Assembly (NCBI GenBank): GCA_040954595.2 | Contig: CM082576.2 | Location: 8,869,129 to 8,933,128, forward strand | Reading direction: 5' to 3' | Source: Balanoglossus misakiensis | Lineage: Eukaryota > Animalia > Hemichordata | DNA: 64,000 bases | In this document: piece after piece, positions 39,827 to 53,612 of the stretch | Layout of the letters: each line of letters starts with the position of its first letter | Position numbering within the stretch: the stretch's first letter is position 1 | The notes under the pieces: model-generated | Told to the model about the DNA's origin: nothing | Seen by the model: only the letters and a program-made list of their open reading frames with translations | Databases searched by the model: none | Position numbers and translations under genes: made by a program

Positions 39827-41872
39827 CTAGGCAAGAAACTTCAGCAGAAGAGAAATGGCCGTCGGCACAACACACGCAATGAAAGTTGGGCGTAACCTTT
39901 GACCTGTGCCCAGAGGTTCACACTCTAACTTATTTGCGTTATCTATATTGTATCGCCACATATTACGTTTGGGAAGCTGAAGATACTCTGGCAGTTTGTC
40001 ATTACACCCGGGCCTCGTCTCGTTGGCAGGGCAACAGTAAGTACACGTGGCTCCCGGGGCTGGCATCGTGTCTCCTTGGAAACAACCCCAGTCATTTTCG
40101 TGTGGGTGGTGACAGCCACGCTGTTGAAGAAAGAAAGACATATTGTAAAGAGAAAATAGAAGATTGCGTTAACTATTGTACTCACCGCATTATATGTATA
40201 TTCCATAAAAAATCATACATTGTATCTTCATAACTTTTCCCTAATTCTGGCAATGTTAATATCAAATCCAAAACGGTCTGATGTGATGCGCAACCGTGTT
40301 TCTTCAACAAAACTAACGACCTACATCACAGTATGTTAGATCTAATCGACGTCGTTGCATTTTGATTTGTTAGTTTTATTCAAAATCATGTCCGCGACAG
40401 TTCTGGACGTCTTCTTTTGGCAAGTAGGGTCGAATCTGTGAAATCTCACCCGTTCCATGCAACCCTTCTTTCTTATAATGTAGCCGTTCGCTCTAAAGTT
40501 GAACATCAGGAGCGAGTAGCAAACGGGATCTTCCACGGTGATATCGCAATACGATAATACCAAGTCTCTGGATTCTGTCTGATACAATACAATACAGTAC
40601 AATACATGTACAATACAATACAATACAATACAATACAATACAATGCAATGCAATGCAATACTATACAAGTTACTCATACTCGTTCTGAATATTCAATAGG
40701 TACACACCTGTCAGGAAATTATAATATATAAATTCGCACCTGACATCAATTTCTTGTCAAGTAGTCTTTTCCAGGGCATTTCACACATTCATAACATGCA
40801 CATACTTTGCATATATTGTTGGTACGCCATTACCTCATTACCACAGTCCTTGTTGTTCACTTTGTTCTGGCACCCATAGCACCACAAATCGCTCCTGACG
40901 TCGAGGATGTCATCCCACTGGTTCGGGGACGGCAACTCAATGTTAGAGGGTGCTGCCAGCTCGTTGCAGCCGGGGCCATCGTCGGGACAGCAGTAGTGGC
41001 AGAGCAGGCCTTGTCTCACGAGCGATGGCTGGTAGCAGGCAGAATGTTCGCTGTCGGCAGCGAGGGTGTCGGTTTGATTGACACATTCGATCTTTAGAAA
41101 GAGTAAACATAGGAGGGTTTGCCCACATAAACATTAATTCAAAGAAACATATAATTAATTTGAGATGCTAGTAAAATTGATTCCAATCTTTATAAACTTT
41201 ATTTCTACCACATTAAATTACAAAAAAATAATTTTGACCAGAACAGACCCATGATATACACAGTACAATTGGACAAAAGTTACAGCTTATGGAGATTATT
41301 AAACTTACACGATCAATGCACCCTTTTCCTTCTATCCTATATCCAGTTCCAGGTGAGTTGTATCGTATATCGGTGAAACAAACTGGGTCGTCCATACCCT
41401 CACAGATGACGGTGCTGACGTCATTGCCATCCTGATCATGAACGTTCGAACAGAAACGGGTATAAGGAACAGCGCCACCACAAAGGTTTGTGAAAAACAT
41501 ACACATGGATGCACGATTCGTGGTAAAAAAAAAATGGGACATGCACGTTTATGCTTTTGGTGCGAATCATACGACGACTCAAAAGTCTCGGCTAGAACAA
41601 ATACGAAATGAACTTCATATATTAACGAACTCATTATACAGCAGTCACCCCAAGCTCGAACAATATTCCCCCACTCATTTATATGAATCATTTTCTTGTT
41701 ACCCGATTGCAAATATTGTTGTTTGTTTCTTGACTGCAATGAAAACACCAGTGGAAAGCGAAGTCATCCTGGCTTGTCATTCTCTCCGCTACCGCGCCTT
41801 TGATTAAACTCTTCTCTTGAATTTCACGCGGTTTCCTGCGAGTCGTATCAAGTTTACCAGAGTTTCCAAAAA
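39827..41872 (-). CDS. LYPD6-like Ly6/uPAR (three-finger) protein with two tandem LU domains and a hydrophobic C-terminus (probable GPI signal); 5' end unresolved
   Basis: Exons 41872-41703, 41431-41309, 41091-40834, 40578-40450, 40120-39827 join in frame. Domain 1: WCFHC..NNNICNR..C..PVC..KGC..EC..AC..CHYCC..GCN. Domain 2: WCYGC..NNKDC..C..PVC..KGC..GC..GC..CTYCC..GCN. Each has 12 Cys with LYPD6-type spacing. The protein ends FIACVVPTAISLLLKFLA*. Confidence 0.8.
40582..40660. repeat. (CAATA)n / (TATTG)n pentanucleotide microsatellite abutting a splice acceptor
   Basis: About 14 imperfect units ending immediately at the minus-strand acceptor AG (40580-40579). Confidence 0.9.
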
Positions 41873-44800
41873 CTGAAAAAAAAAACAGAATGGCGGAATA
41901 GCTTGGATCATAGCCACTCTTTATACAGCGCATGTCCATCAACGAAAGAAGAACATTACCTGATTACACTTGGATCGGAACTGATTATCTATCACCCCTA
42001 AGTTGACTGACGGTATAGTAAAAGAGTTCGCCTGCTGCGCGCTGTGCACTACTACAGACGTATCATCTGACCAACCTACCTGTGAGGAAATGTGTTGAGA
42101 TGAAAATGAGAACAGGGAGCCGATTTATCATTTTTAATTTTGGAGTCTTTTACGGATATGCTCCTCGCTCCTAAAAATGAGGGAAGGGGTGTTCTGCGAA
42201 AGTTCTGTTTTGTTTTGTGGATATCGACAGTTCGAAAATTCGGCGACAATAAACAAAACAATGTTGCTAGGAGGTCGCACGAGGGCGCTCGCTAGAAGGC
42301 ACGCGCCAGATCTGCAGACAGAATGGGACCGCGATGACTGTAATATTGGAGGTAATCATCACCAAGGTGTGTTCGATAATAGCTGGAAGTAGCCAAAACG
42401 TTACCAAAGAATATGGGGATTCATCGCAAAACATCACAGCACTTGACATTTTGGTTAAAGTATATATTTGACTCGTTTTTGAACATTTTCGTCCTGTTGA
42501 CACTAACTTGAAGATACTATAGGCCCAGTGTGAGGAAATATCTCAATCGTCTTATTTTCTTCTATTCTAAAAAATAGGGTTTAAATACACTTTCAATATA
42601 GCAAATAATTGCAACTTCTAGGCGAATATCATTGTTCTGCAAATCCGTCCCCGGGATACGTATTAGGCCTACCCTAAAAGGAAGCCCTAAAATAAATGCA
42701 AGCCTCCAGTGAGAAAACGCGCAAGCATCATCCTTCCGGATTCCATGATCAATCATACGCAGAATCCAAGGACCCTACTTATCGGTGTTCTGTCTGGTTT
42801 TGTCTTTTATAACGAGATTGGTTTGTTTGCGACGTCGACCAAAAAATAATAGAAACCAACTTGACACCACTTTTTTTCCAGTCGAAACCACATCTGTTAC
42901 CACGTAGGCCTATTCAATTTGTTTTCCAAAGCTTCTGACAATATAATGCGAGTGCAAATACCACATTAACGTGAGACGGGCGCCGGTGAATTTAAACTCC
43001 AACGTCCTTAAATGCATCTATGCATTGATCTCGCTGTCTCACTACAATTCTCTGGCTTGGATTTTTCCAAGGGGCTGATGACTAAACCACCAAAAAACCC
43101 CACTTAATTATGACTGAAAGTATGCGCGAAATCCCATGCATGCGTAAGAGCTATTATCGACGATTGCAGGAGCTGGGGCCTGTTAGAGCAACAGGTAGCC
43201 ACGATGAACCTCTGCCCGTTTTTTAAACGTGTCCTGTTTTAAATCCCGTGCGTGTGTGTACTTTGTGACTCGATGCATCATGATGATATGATGTAGAAGT
43301 CACGTGACCCTGGGATGGACCGGAGACAAACCGACTCGCCGACCCGTAAACTGTGCGTGGATGGCCTTTACATGTAAATCATAAGTTACATGCTTCCGTA
43401 AATGTGTTATCTTTTGTTGTTCGGTGACAAACGGCGTTTGTCGGAGCAAGCGCGATGACCTAGCGACCACAACAACAGCAAAATTATACAGACAGTCAGT
43501 CGAATTTGTTGCGTGTTGAAGGTCGGCGCGGAGGCGGTGACGCAAGGAAAATTATGAACTGGTATCTAAGAAAGCCCGTCCCCGCGAGTCCAAGATTCCC
43601 CTCCCCCTCGCACATTGCCTTTTTTTCTTCAGATCTTGACCTGGTACACGACATCCCACGACTATTAAATGCCTTGGGCATGCCACAATGAATATCGAAG
43701 ATGTCGCGGCGACCTTCTCAACAATACCCAAATCGTAATTTTAATACTTCTGTAAGCTGTTGCATATGCCAATCATCCGATATGCGCCGTGATGCCACGG
43801 TACCAGCATAAATGGCAACATCTGTGGGATGCGTTCTTGCTTCTTGTTGATCACCAAACGTGTAAACCAACTGTGAAGTGTGCCACGCATCTCATTATAG
43901 GGTGTATCAATGACGAAGATGAGAAGATGGCCGACCTGTGAAGTGAGCCGTGCATCTCATTAGCATATTTGGTTGTTATCAGTGGGCGGAGGCTGATCTC
44001 GGAACGTGGCGTGCGACGCGAGCCACGTACGCCCGTTTTGCGTCAGTAACAAAAGGCCTGTGTGCTGATAAATCAACAAAGGCAGCCTGCGTCGTCAAGG
44101 CGACAAGTGGTCGTAGTTTAACGCCACAGCACACAGCAGTGCTTGGAAACAACAGGGACAAACAACAAAAGGTGGTGTGGAACTTGTGAATGGGGATTGC
44201 TCATGTTTGTGATTTGTAAACTCTATTCACATGACAAGAATGGCTGAAGGATTTGATCGGACCACATAATTTAATCACGATCATACCACAAATGACTGAC
44301 AGATCAGCCCCCCCCCCCCCACACACACATTAAAATGCCAGCAGAAGTCATGAAGCTGATTTGATTAAAAATGTGTTCCTTTTGTATGTTAAAGTTAACA
44401 AAGGAATGACAAGCAAGGCAAAATGCATGTCTCAATTTAAATATATACAATTTTGAAGAGAAAAGGAGATTTGTTGATTTTTAAACTAGATTTTTAATCC
44501 CAGATTATTTTTAAGAATACACAAACATTCCAACTCAACAACAAAATTCCCAATTTACCAGGACTACAGACCCTAAGGTCTATGCCTAGATGTTGTTGAG
44601 CCTTTTCTTGAGAAAAAAAAACACACACAAAGAAAGATGGAAGAGACAGGGTATTCAGATTACAGTGATTGTCTTTCTGGCAAAACACTGACAATTGTTT
44701 CAAAGTTGGAAAGTCCCACGATGTGGGCAACAAGCAGAATAGACCCTGGAGCGAGAGGGTCCATGCATGCATGACTTTTGTCTAAACGCACACAAAGGTG

Positions 44801-45321
44801 TATCACTTCAGGTGCAATGTGGGAGGGAGGTGGGGGGGGGGGGGGGCAACCAGCCCCAATCCTTCATCCTTGCACGTGTAGTTATTACAAAACAAGCTGA
44901 ATCCACAAAGTTTCAATATTCACAAATATTTTTATTTTCAATTTCAAAAAGAAAAGTGCGCTAATAATACTCACTTCATACCTGACATTTTTATGAATTG
45001 AAAAAAAAAAGCAAAACAAAACAACAGCCATAATGTTCTTTCATTAAGAAGAATTTCTGTACATATTTCAGCATTTTTTTTTGGGGGGGGGGAAGAGAAG
45101 AAAGGAGAAAAAGCATTCATGTACATGTCATACATGAGATGTTGTACATTTGTATTTTGAGTCAAACACACGTTTTACGAAACTTGCCTTTTACAGATAT
45201 CTATAATAGTCAAAAACACACAGATTTGGCTTCAATAGCTTTGTTATATTTTTTATTTATTTATTAATTAAATAAAACTCAAATTATGTTTTTGGGAGTG
45301 GGTTGAGGGGGAAGGCTAGAA

Positions 45322-48300
45322 TCACATGTCCAGAAGCAACGTACGCGGGTCTTGTACACAGTCCTTGATCTTCCTCAGGAAAAGTACAGCCTCTCGTCCG
45401 TCAATAAGCCTGTGATCATAGGTTAAGGCAACATACATCATGGGGCGAATTTCAACCTGAAACGGGAAAGAGGTGTTGATTTAGTGAGAATGGATGGCTC
45501 AGCTGTACTGTTACAAGTATGCTAACCAGTAATCAGACGACTCGAGTTTAATTTCAACATACTTGTCCTTTCTATTGACACATTTTCACTGTTTATTATT
45601 AGGTTGAAAGCTACAGTGTCTTAATTAAAATGCTCAATTTAGCTTTGAAATCTAAATATTATAATAGTATAAAACATCCAAGATGTGCTGGTATCGAAAG
45701 CTGAGAAAAAAAGACTGACACTGCGGGTGAATAATTCAGGGGCAAATCTTTCTCAAAATATAAAGCTAAATCTTATTTTGCTTTTGCATCAGTCTATACA
45801 GCTTTCAGCAACAAAAAATGGAAGCAAATCTCTTTAAAAAAAAAAATGGCTTCCTCATTTCCCTGGAGCTGACCAGTGCACAGTACCAGCGCAAGCAACA
45901 GAAGAGAGGAAACTTTCTTGTAGTCTCAGCCCAAGACAAAGGTGCACACTTCACCGAAAGAAAGAGCCACGTTTCTTTTCAATGCACTGAACAGAAGGGG
46001 AAGAAAGGGAACTCCCTCATCCAAGATGTTGTCACAAGACAAAAGACGCACTGCGTCTCCCTAAAAGAAAGGAGAATTCAGGTCCGCTTCCTGTTTTCTT
46101 GAGACAATGCGGCAGGAAATGCAAATTGCCAAGAGGGCAACAAAAGACGCTTGGAGAAAGTGAAAAGAGGGTGCAAATTAGCATCTCCACACAACACAGC
46201 ACACACACACACACACCACATGGTCTTACCTTGCCGTTCACAGCCACCGGTCGATTGAACGTGGCATGCATGCCCAGGATGGCGCTCTGGGGAGGGTTGA
46301 TGATAGGGGTTCCAAACATGGAGCCGAAGACGCCTCCGTTGCTGATGGTGAACGTGCCACCGTCCATGTCTTCAATCGCCAGCGTGCCAATCCGTGCCTG
46401 ACGGGGTCGAAACAAAAGAACAAAATCCAATGAGGCACAGTCTAGTCTGTCCAAATCCTCCCCCAGACCAACCCAACTGAAACTACTCAAGGTTACGCGG
46501 CAGAAACCTGGAACAATGACACAGTTTCTAAGAAAATAGGAGTGAAATATTCCTGGACCCACTGGGCAAAATACTTAAAAAAATAAAATAAAAACAGACT
46601 GAAGTGTTCTAAATATACATTTCAGTTTTGGTAGAGATGGCTGAAAATGAGTGCCTGTAATACACAGAATTAATCCAATCAAGAAAATTCAAACCTGTGT
46701 GTTTGTATGATGCATAGGACCATATTATACAAGAAAGGGTCCCATTCCAAAAATACTGACTCTGGGAAGCTAAATCATATAAATGTGTGGTTGATTCAAT
46801 GCTTGTGTATATGTAACAGCGTAAAATGTGTGTGACCATGCTTTCTCTCGTCTCCTTTTTATTAATTTGTTTATCGACTCCGTGTCTAAAGTGGTTATGC
46901 TAAATCCGTTAACCACTATAAATAATGTTGAAGTATTTTTAAATTCACTCAAACGCTTTCATTTGTACAATTGTTCCACGGCAGCTTCTGTCAATATTGA
47001 AAGAAGGCAAAAAAAAATCTCACACAAAAAAACAACCCCACACATTACAGCTTGAAAAAAAAAACATAGAGCCTTGTTACATTGTGCCGGAGCGCCATTG
47101 TCTTGAAAAAAATAATTTCCATGCCAGGGAGATCAATCACGATGAAATAACAGCGAATAGGGCAGTGGGGATCCTTGTCGCGACAAGTCTCGGTTTATTT
47201 GCCGTCTGATTATATATCCTTAAAGTGGGACAACAATCAGAAATGTTTTCATATTCATAACCCATTCGTCTTAGATGCCCATTGTTGTGCACCACAATGG
47301 GGCCAATGCCTTTGCAATTGTAGGAGATGCTCTGATATGCAAATGGGGGCAGGAAGGGAAAAGGGAGAATGAATGCAAGTTGCAGCATGTGTTGTACGGT
47401 AATTAACAATCAAGTTGTAAGTAAATATATGAGGGTACAAGGAGTGTACGACTCTTATTTACCGGAAGACTGAAGTCGGTGAAGGACACTTGCTAGGGGA
47501 GATCCTCCGAACACTGCCTCTCAGGTGAGACATTTTCTTTTCTCCAGATCTCGGGTACGGTTTTACTGACGTAAACATCTTGTATTTACCTCATTAGCGC
47601 CTAGTTTGTTTTTTAACATATCCTTCAATTTCTAAATTTTGATCCAGAATATTTGCCTTTGGCTTTTTCCCTTCATAAATTTCCCTGAACCGCCGCCTAC
47701 CTGATCAACAGCTAGGTAATCAGCTGTGTTAATTTTCAGAAACAGTTCAGGTTTTCAATGTGTTTTTGTCGTCGTTATTGTGGGATCAATCACAAACATC
47801 TTGAAGTGAAGGTTATGTGTTGTCTATGGTGTTACCTTATGGCCAGTAAGTGCAGTGTACGAAGATGTCTCCATATGCCACCCTTTCTACTGTGGATGTA
47901 AAGAACCCTTTCGATTCTGGAATGACAATGTTACAAGTGCCTACTGTCTCAAACCAGAAAAAAAAACCCCACTCAAATCTATCCTTGGTAGTTTGTCATT
48001 GACATGTCGGGGTCAGTTATGAATATGAGGGGCATCCAATTTTTTTTTTACCTTTTCACCAAGCGCGTGTATAGTTTTCTCAATATCGGCAAAGTTCATC
48101 GACTCCGCGTTGCGCACCACGGGAACCACTAGTCCCTTGGGCGTTGCCACTGCCACGCTGATGTCCACGTAGTCTCGGTAAACTATCTCCAGGTCATCAA
48201 TGACTGAAATCCAAAGCAGACAACCACTCATGATTACTCTCTCATGCACAGCTATTTCTGGGCGCGAGTTTTTTTTTCTATTTAGACCGGGAGTACTGTA

Positions 48301-51300
48301 CACAGAATGTGCAGAAATTTCAGCAATTACAATACACACTGAAATCAAAGTTACTTTACGACAGACTAATGCTTTCTTAATCAGTGAATTTCTGTTTACA
48401 AATGATATGGTGAATGAAAAGGCATTCTTGTAGGTCTGTCTTTTTGTTTTTTATTTTAAATCACATTCTCAGAATTTTTTCATCTCCGAAAATCAGCGCG
48501 AATAATTTTTTTCTAACAATCCTCGAAACCGAAGCTGAGAAAATTCAAATTATCAGCCAAAATCACTGTTGAAATTACAGTGGATTGATAATCGGGAGAG
48601 TCGCCACTTTCCCCAACCTCCTCAAGCGCCATTGTGTTGACAGTAATCCCTTTAATGATGAAAGGAGAGGGCTTACATCTCAAGTGTGAAGGTCAGTGGC
48701 AACAGCAGCTGTCTGCCAGAATAACACAATCATGAAATTATACGGGGGTGTTTTGTGAATTTGCTCCCGCTAATTACCACTTCAATGACAGTGATGTCTT
48801 AACTAAACAGCACTCAATGTCAACTGTAAACATATGGGCAAACATTAATTATGTTCTCGGAAAATGGCCGGGAATTACACAGATTATTCCAGTAAAAGTG
48901 GCATGAAATATCCTATTGTGTTTCTGACGTCTACTGTATCTATTTGGAAGAAGGCTGAATCACAGAAAATGGACCGACTGTTTCTCTTGATCGGACACCA
49001 TTCATGCAGAGTCAAAAATCATTGTTGAATTAAAGCTATTTCAGATTGGCAGGATGACCTCAGTTAATAATTTCTTTTTACGAGGCCAACTAATTTTTGC
49101 CGTTCATCATTATACAGTGTTTTGTTTTCAATATAAAATCACTTACAATCAAACTCAATACCGTTATGAGCCATACACATAAAAACACTACAAATCAAAG
49201 TCAATGTTCTACACAGTATTTTTTGGTTCTTAGTGAACTTGCCTGCATTGACGATGGGTTGGTGCTGTAACGCGTGTGCCGCTGCCTTGACAAACGCCGA
49301 CATGAAACCCAACTTGATTCCGTGTTTCTTCTGGAAGTCATCCTTGTACTGTTTCCTCATTTCGATGATGTTACTATTCAAAAAAAAAAAAAAAAAAAGA
49401 GAGAGAAAGTTTTACGCTAGAGAAAAATAAGCATATCGCGGGGAAAGCTCGAGGCTTAAAAAGTCTGGAGATGGCATCAGTGAGGATTTTTTACAACTCT
49501 ACCCCATTCACTAGCGCATGAAATCTCTAGAAATGGTATGTTTACATTTATTTGATCATATCTGTATCCGTGGTTGTCACCAACTGTGATTTCTTCCCTT
49601 TTTTTACCCTTCTGTTACTGAGTACAGATTCACACCGTGTACATAAAAGGAATACGGTCTTGAAACTGTAATTTACATGAACCCAAATATGGTCAACGGG
49701 ACACGTCTTAGAACGACCATATAGGAGTGCCCTCTTTTTCATGTGGCCACCCACTGAAAATCTGTGATTGGCTAGATCTCGACTCTCCATGGTAACTGAG
49801 GCTAAAGAATGTCATCTTGGATACAAGCTTTCCGTGAGAGTGTTTTCGGATTTAGAAAAGAGGTACAAATAGGAGTTTTCAGTTTCAGCAACTCAAAGGT
49901 TGTAATCACCAAAGACTGGAAATTTTACCTCATGTCGATTTCATTAAAGGTGGTCAACATTGCGCAAACGTTCTGCGCCTCCTTCAACCTGTACGCAATG
50001 CGTTGGCGCATTCGGCTCATTTTCACCTGCAACGTGGGAAGAAAAAAAAATATATATATATAAAAATGTTCTTGTTATGAGCACTTCCCTTTTGCCGCCC
50101 AAGTGGCAAAGTTGAATGGTCAGAATTAGGGAACTGAAGAATAAGGAATGGTCAGAATTGGGGAACTGTGAAGGAAAGGGATTCTGCTTAACAACGTCGG
50201 CGAAGCGGTAGACTGGTACCGGGGCTCTGGTATTTACAGGCGCACGATTACATATTTTCAAGAAGTGTTCCTTCTGGCATACCTTGTAGGGGTTTGATTG
50301 CTGAAATTTTAAGCAATAAAAAAAAGACGATGGAAATTCACACTTTTCAAGTGTCTCGTAAGTCGGAGTATGACTTCATAGGTAGGGTTTGAATTTACCC
50401 CAGTTCATTCACAGCAGGGCTTTCGTAGGAAGAAGTTCTAGGTTTCTTACTCTCTGTTCGGTCCTGGCGCCAAAGGTTCCCGGTAGAACACCGCTGGATG
50501 GTGCTGTGACGGCTGGTGGTCCTGGAGGCTTGACACCCGACACTACAGACAAGACAAGTACACAACAAACAGTGAGTTTGATGTTTCTGAGAGCATCTCG
50601 CATGTGATATTGCTGCCATTTGCCATTGAACACTACTGGTTCTTGAATCAGAGGTTCACCCCGAAGTTTGCAAGTAAACTTTTTAGGGGATAAGGCGTAC
50701 ATGTAATATATTCCTGTGTGGCAAAAGTTGGTCAAATGCTGCTGCAGTCCGACAGACCACTTACTAGGGTGTGTTTCTTGTGCTTTCAGTTTGATCATGA
50801 ACCTGCTACATGTAGTATTCAGGATTTTTGGGGTGTTTTTTCCCCCAAAATGTTAGCAAGCTACATTTTGCTTATTCGTCGAGTACTGGTGTGTGTCAAG
50901 GTATGCCTACCTGGTGTTGTAAACATTGGCTGTTGTGGAAGGGGAGGCACAGGTGGGGGTGTTGTGGGGATTGGTCCGACGGCACTCTCACTGGGTGGCT
51001 CGTGAGCAGGTGCTACCGTTGGAGGTGGTGGAGGGGAAGGTGGCGGTGGTGTTAGAGGGGGTGCCGCCTCAGCTGCTGGAGGAGGGGCTGGTGCTTCAGC
51101 TGCTGGTTCGGCCGCTTTGGGAGCTGCACCTGTAAATTAAAAAAAAAGAAAGAAGAAATAAACACATGCCAGGCATCTCATAGCATAGAACACCTGTAGC
51201 GAATAATTGAATCAAACAAACTGACTGATAGACTGATAGATTTATCACTGATTTATTGCACATAATTGAAAACATCAAGATAAGTACTGCCTGGCTATAA

Positions 51301-53376
51301 TATGACAAGCGTTTGTTTCTCTGGGTAAAGGTCTATGCAAGGCAGCAGTTTATGGGTACAGGCTTCGGTGGGTACAGGGACATTACATGTATGTATTTAC
51401 CTGTGATCCTGATTCTGAACAACTGTTGACCGCCGGCAACCGTGTCACCGTCCTGGACAAACAGCTCCTCGATGATGCCACTGCCTGGGGCGGGCACTTG
51501 AACTGCCGTCTGCAGATTACAATTGAAAACAAAAGTCAAGACTTGTGAATGTTACATGTTTTTTGTTACGTTATGGAATGATTGATGTTTTCTCGGGGAT
51601 CAAAGTACATTTTATCATTCACTTTTGTGTGGTTGGTAGAAAAAGTTGGCAGGACTAGGCTGACAATTGCAGCGTTAAATCAGTGTTTTACCTTGTCAGT
51701 TTCAATTTCACAGACGACATCATCTTCTTGCACGTAGTCCCCAATAGCTACCAAAGTGAGAAAAAAAACCTTCATATCAGAGACAACCAACTAAAGCACA
51801 TCACACGACGAAAATGCAACACCCATCGTATCTTGTACAATTTTAGTATTCATATAGTAGAAAATACATCAGCAACTTGTTTCGTCACTTTCATCTCCTG
51901 TGAGTCAAGACATTGAAAAGCGCTTGAAGTAACGAGTGTGACTCAGGATGAGATATGAAACCACACCAAAAGTAGTGCCTGCAGGTGCTGCTGACTCAAA
52001 TCTCTCTTTGCTTTTCTGACGACATGAATCACGGACTCACACTGCTAAAAGCAGTTAGCAATCAGATTGCCTGCATTTTTTGTTTCATGAATGCCAAATG
52101 CTGCGAAGTCAACCTAGCAATTTTTGGGCTCAGGATGCCGCCTCACCTTTTTCCCACCTGACATCGCCTTCAGAAACAGATTCTGCAAATGGAGGAACAT
52201 TGACTATCTTGACTTCATCATCTAAAATGAAACAAGAAGAAATCAAAGTCTGATATATTATTTCCCTAATATCAACTAAGTAATAACATAAGTGACAAAA
52301 ACACTCAAAGCAAAACACAAGTAAGGTGAAAATGTCTAAGAATACTTACAGAAAGTAGCTGACGTATGAAATGCTCTATTTGCACAATCTTGAAGATCTG
52401 TACAAGCACCAGTGTAATTAAATCTATTCGTGGAGATTGGCAAAGAGAGAAGAAACATCAATGTAACTTGAGAAAGGTTGAACTCGCTTGGCAGAAAAGT
52501 GGCCAGGAAATGGGTTTCTGAACTGGGAAACGCTGATAAGATTATTTTCAAGGAATCAAAGTTGTGAAACCCGACATCTTGCACGTCTGAAAACAGGATG
52601 CAGTTGCACTTTCTTGTATTACAAGGCAACGACAGTGAAGGTTCCTTTGCTGGCGGCAGCACTAACAGTACCTGTTTGAGAGTAGAGGTGAAGTCCTTGC
52701 TAATCTTGAATTGCAGGTTCCTGTTGAAAACAGAGGCAATGGAACAAGAAGTGAGGGTTTCCTTCAATGAGGAAATGCTAAAGACACCATCTGGCAGCAC
52801 GCTTTTAAGGACATGGTCAGAGATTTCCTATCAGATCACTTCTCTTACAAGGAGGAGTACAAGATGAATGTCCCCGTAGGGACTGGCTTCCACGTCAATC
52901 AGACAAGGATGAAAATAAATAGCACTGACTGTGTCTGTGGTTTTCACATAGTGGGAGGGGCAGTTCACGTTGTAGGGTTAGGGACTTACCTTGCTGTATA
53001 CAGAACGGTCTTCGGACAATTGATACATTACCCTAAAATGAACGATGTATATATAGTGGCGCTTAATGAAAGGGAGAGTAAGGTAAATATTTACATAGTT
53101 TATGTCCGAGTTTAGATTTAAAATCTTCGTCGGAGTGAACAGTCACAGTCGCAGGTGACAAAAATCAAAGGTCAGCACGAGAACAGTTCGACCGGTAACC
53201 GTTACGAAGTTCGTCAGTTAATGGGGCAAATAATGCTGTTTGCATTAAATATCGTCTGAATAAACGCTTTACTGATTTCTAAAAATGGATTCCTTTACCT
53301 TTACCCCTGATGTTATCACGTGATTACGAGTAAAACGCAAAAAAGATCGCGAATACTGCACTTTCGACGATAACAT
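45322..53376 (-). CDS. DLST: Dihydrolipoyllysine-residue succinyltransferase (E2 of the 2-oxoglutarate dehydrogenase complex), mitochondrial, ~492 aa
   Basis: Exons 53376-53299, 53032-52990, 52720-52672, 52423-52350, 52221-52147, 51747-51692, 51509-51401, 51129-50911, 50542-50451, 50026-49929, 49373-49243, 48203-48052, 46397-46230, 45456-45322 (1479 nt). Arg/Ser-rich transit peptide, [16 protein letters not shown], lipoyl motif EIETDKT, Pro/Ala linker, [44 protein letters not shown] and catalytic [12 protein letters not shown]. Confidence 0.97.
48204..49242 (-). other. GC-AG intron in DLST
   Basis: The exon ends ...AATGCAG|GCAAGT (a strong GC donor) and joins in phase to TC ATT GAT GAC, giving the conserved VNAVIDD. 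Confidence 0.9.
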
Positions 53377-53612
53377 GGTCGCCGGTATATAACGCGCATG
53401 CGTATTTTCGGATTCCATATTCAGGTTGTATCCTCGTTCACGGAAGTTACACAGAAGAGTTTCGTTCAATGAGACGTGGAAAGAGCCTGAAATATAGACA
53501 TGCGCGATAGAACATAAACCTAAGTGGGGTTTCGTTTCTTAGTGTTTTCTTCCGCAGGTCCTTACCATTCTACCTGCGATATCTTCCGGAAAATGCACAC
53601 AAATTGGTGAGT
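53377..53612. promoter_or_regulatory. DLST promoter, possibly bidirectional toward Prox
   Basis: NRF1-like GCGCATGCG at 53394-53402 and ETS/GABP-like CGGAAGT at 53441-53447 (typical of nuclear-encoded mitochondrial genes). A plus-strand donor G|GTGAGT lies at 53607. Confidence 0.45.

Noticed and set aside
52336-52800. 154-aa ORF in the DLST 5' region
   Set aside because: It runs across introns. Only its end coincides with a real exon, and exon 52720-52672 is read in a different frame.
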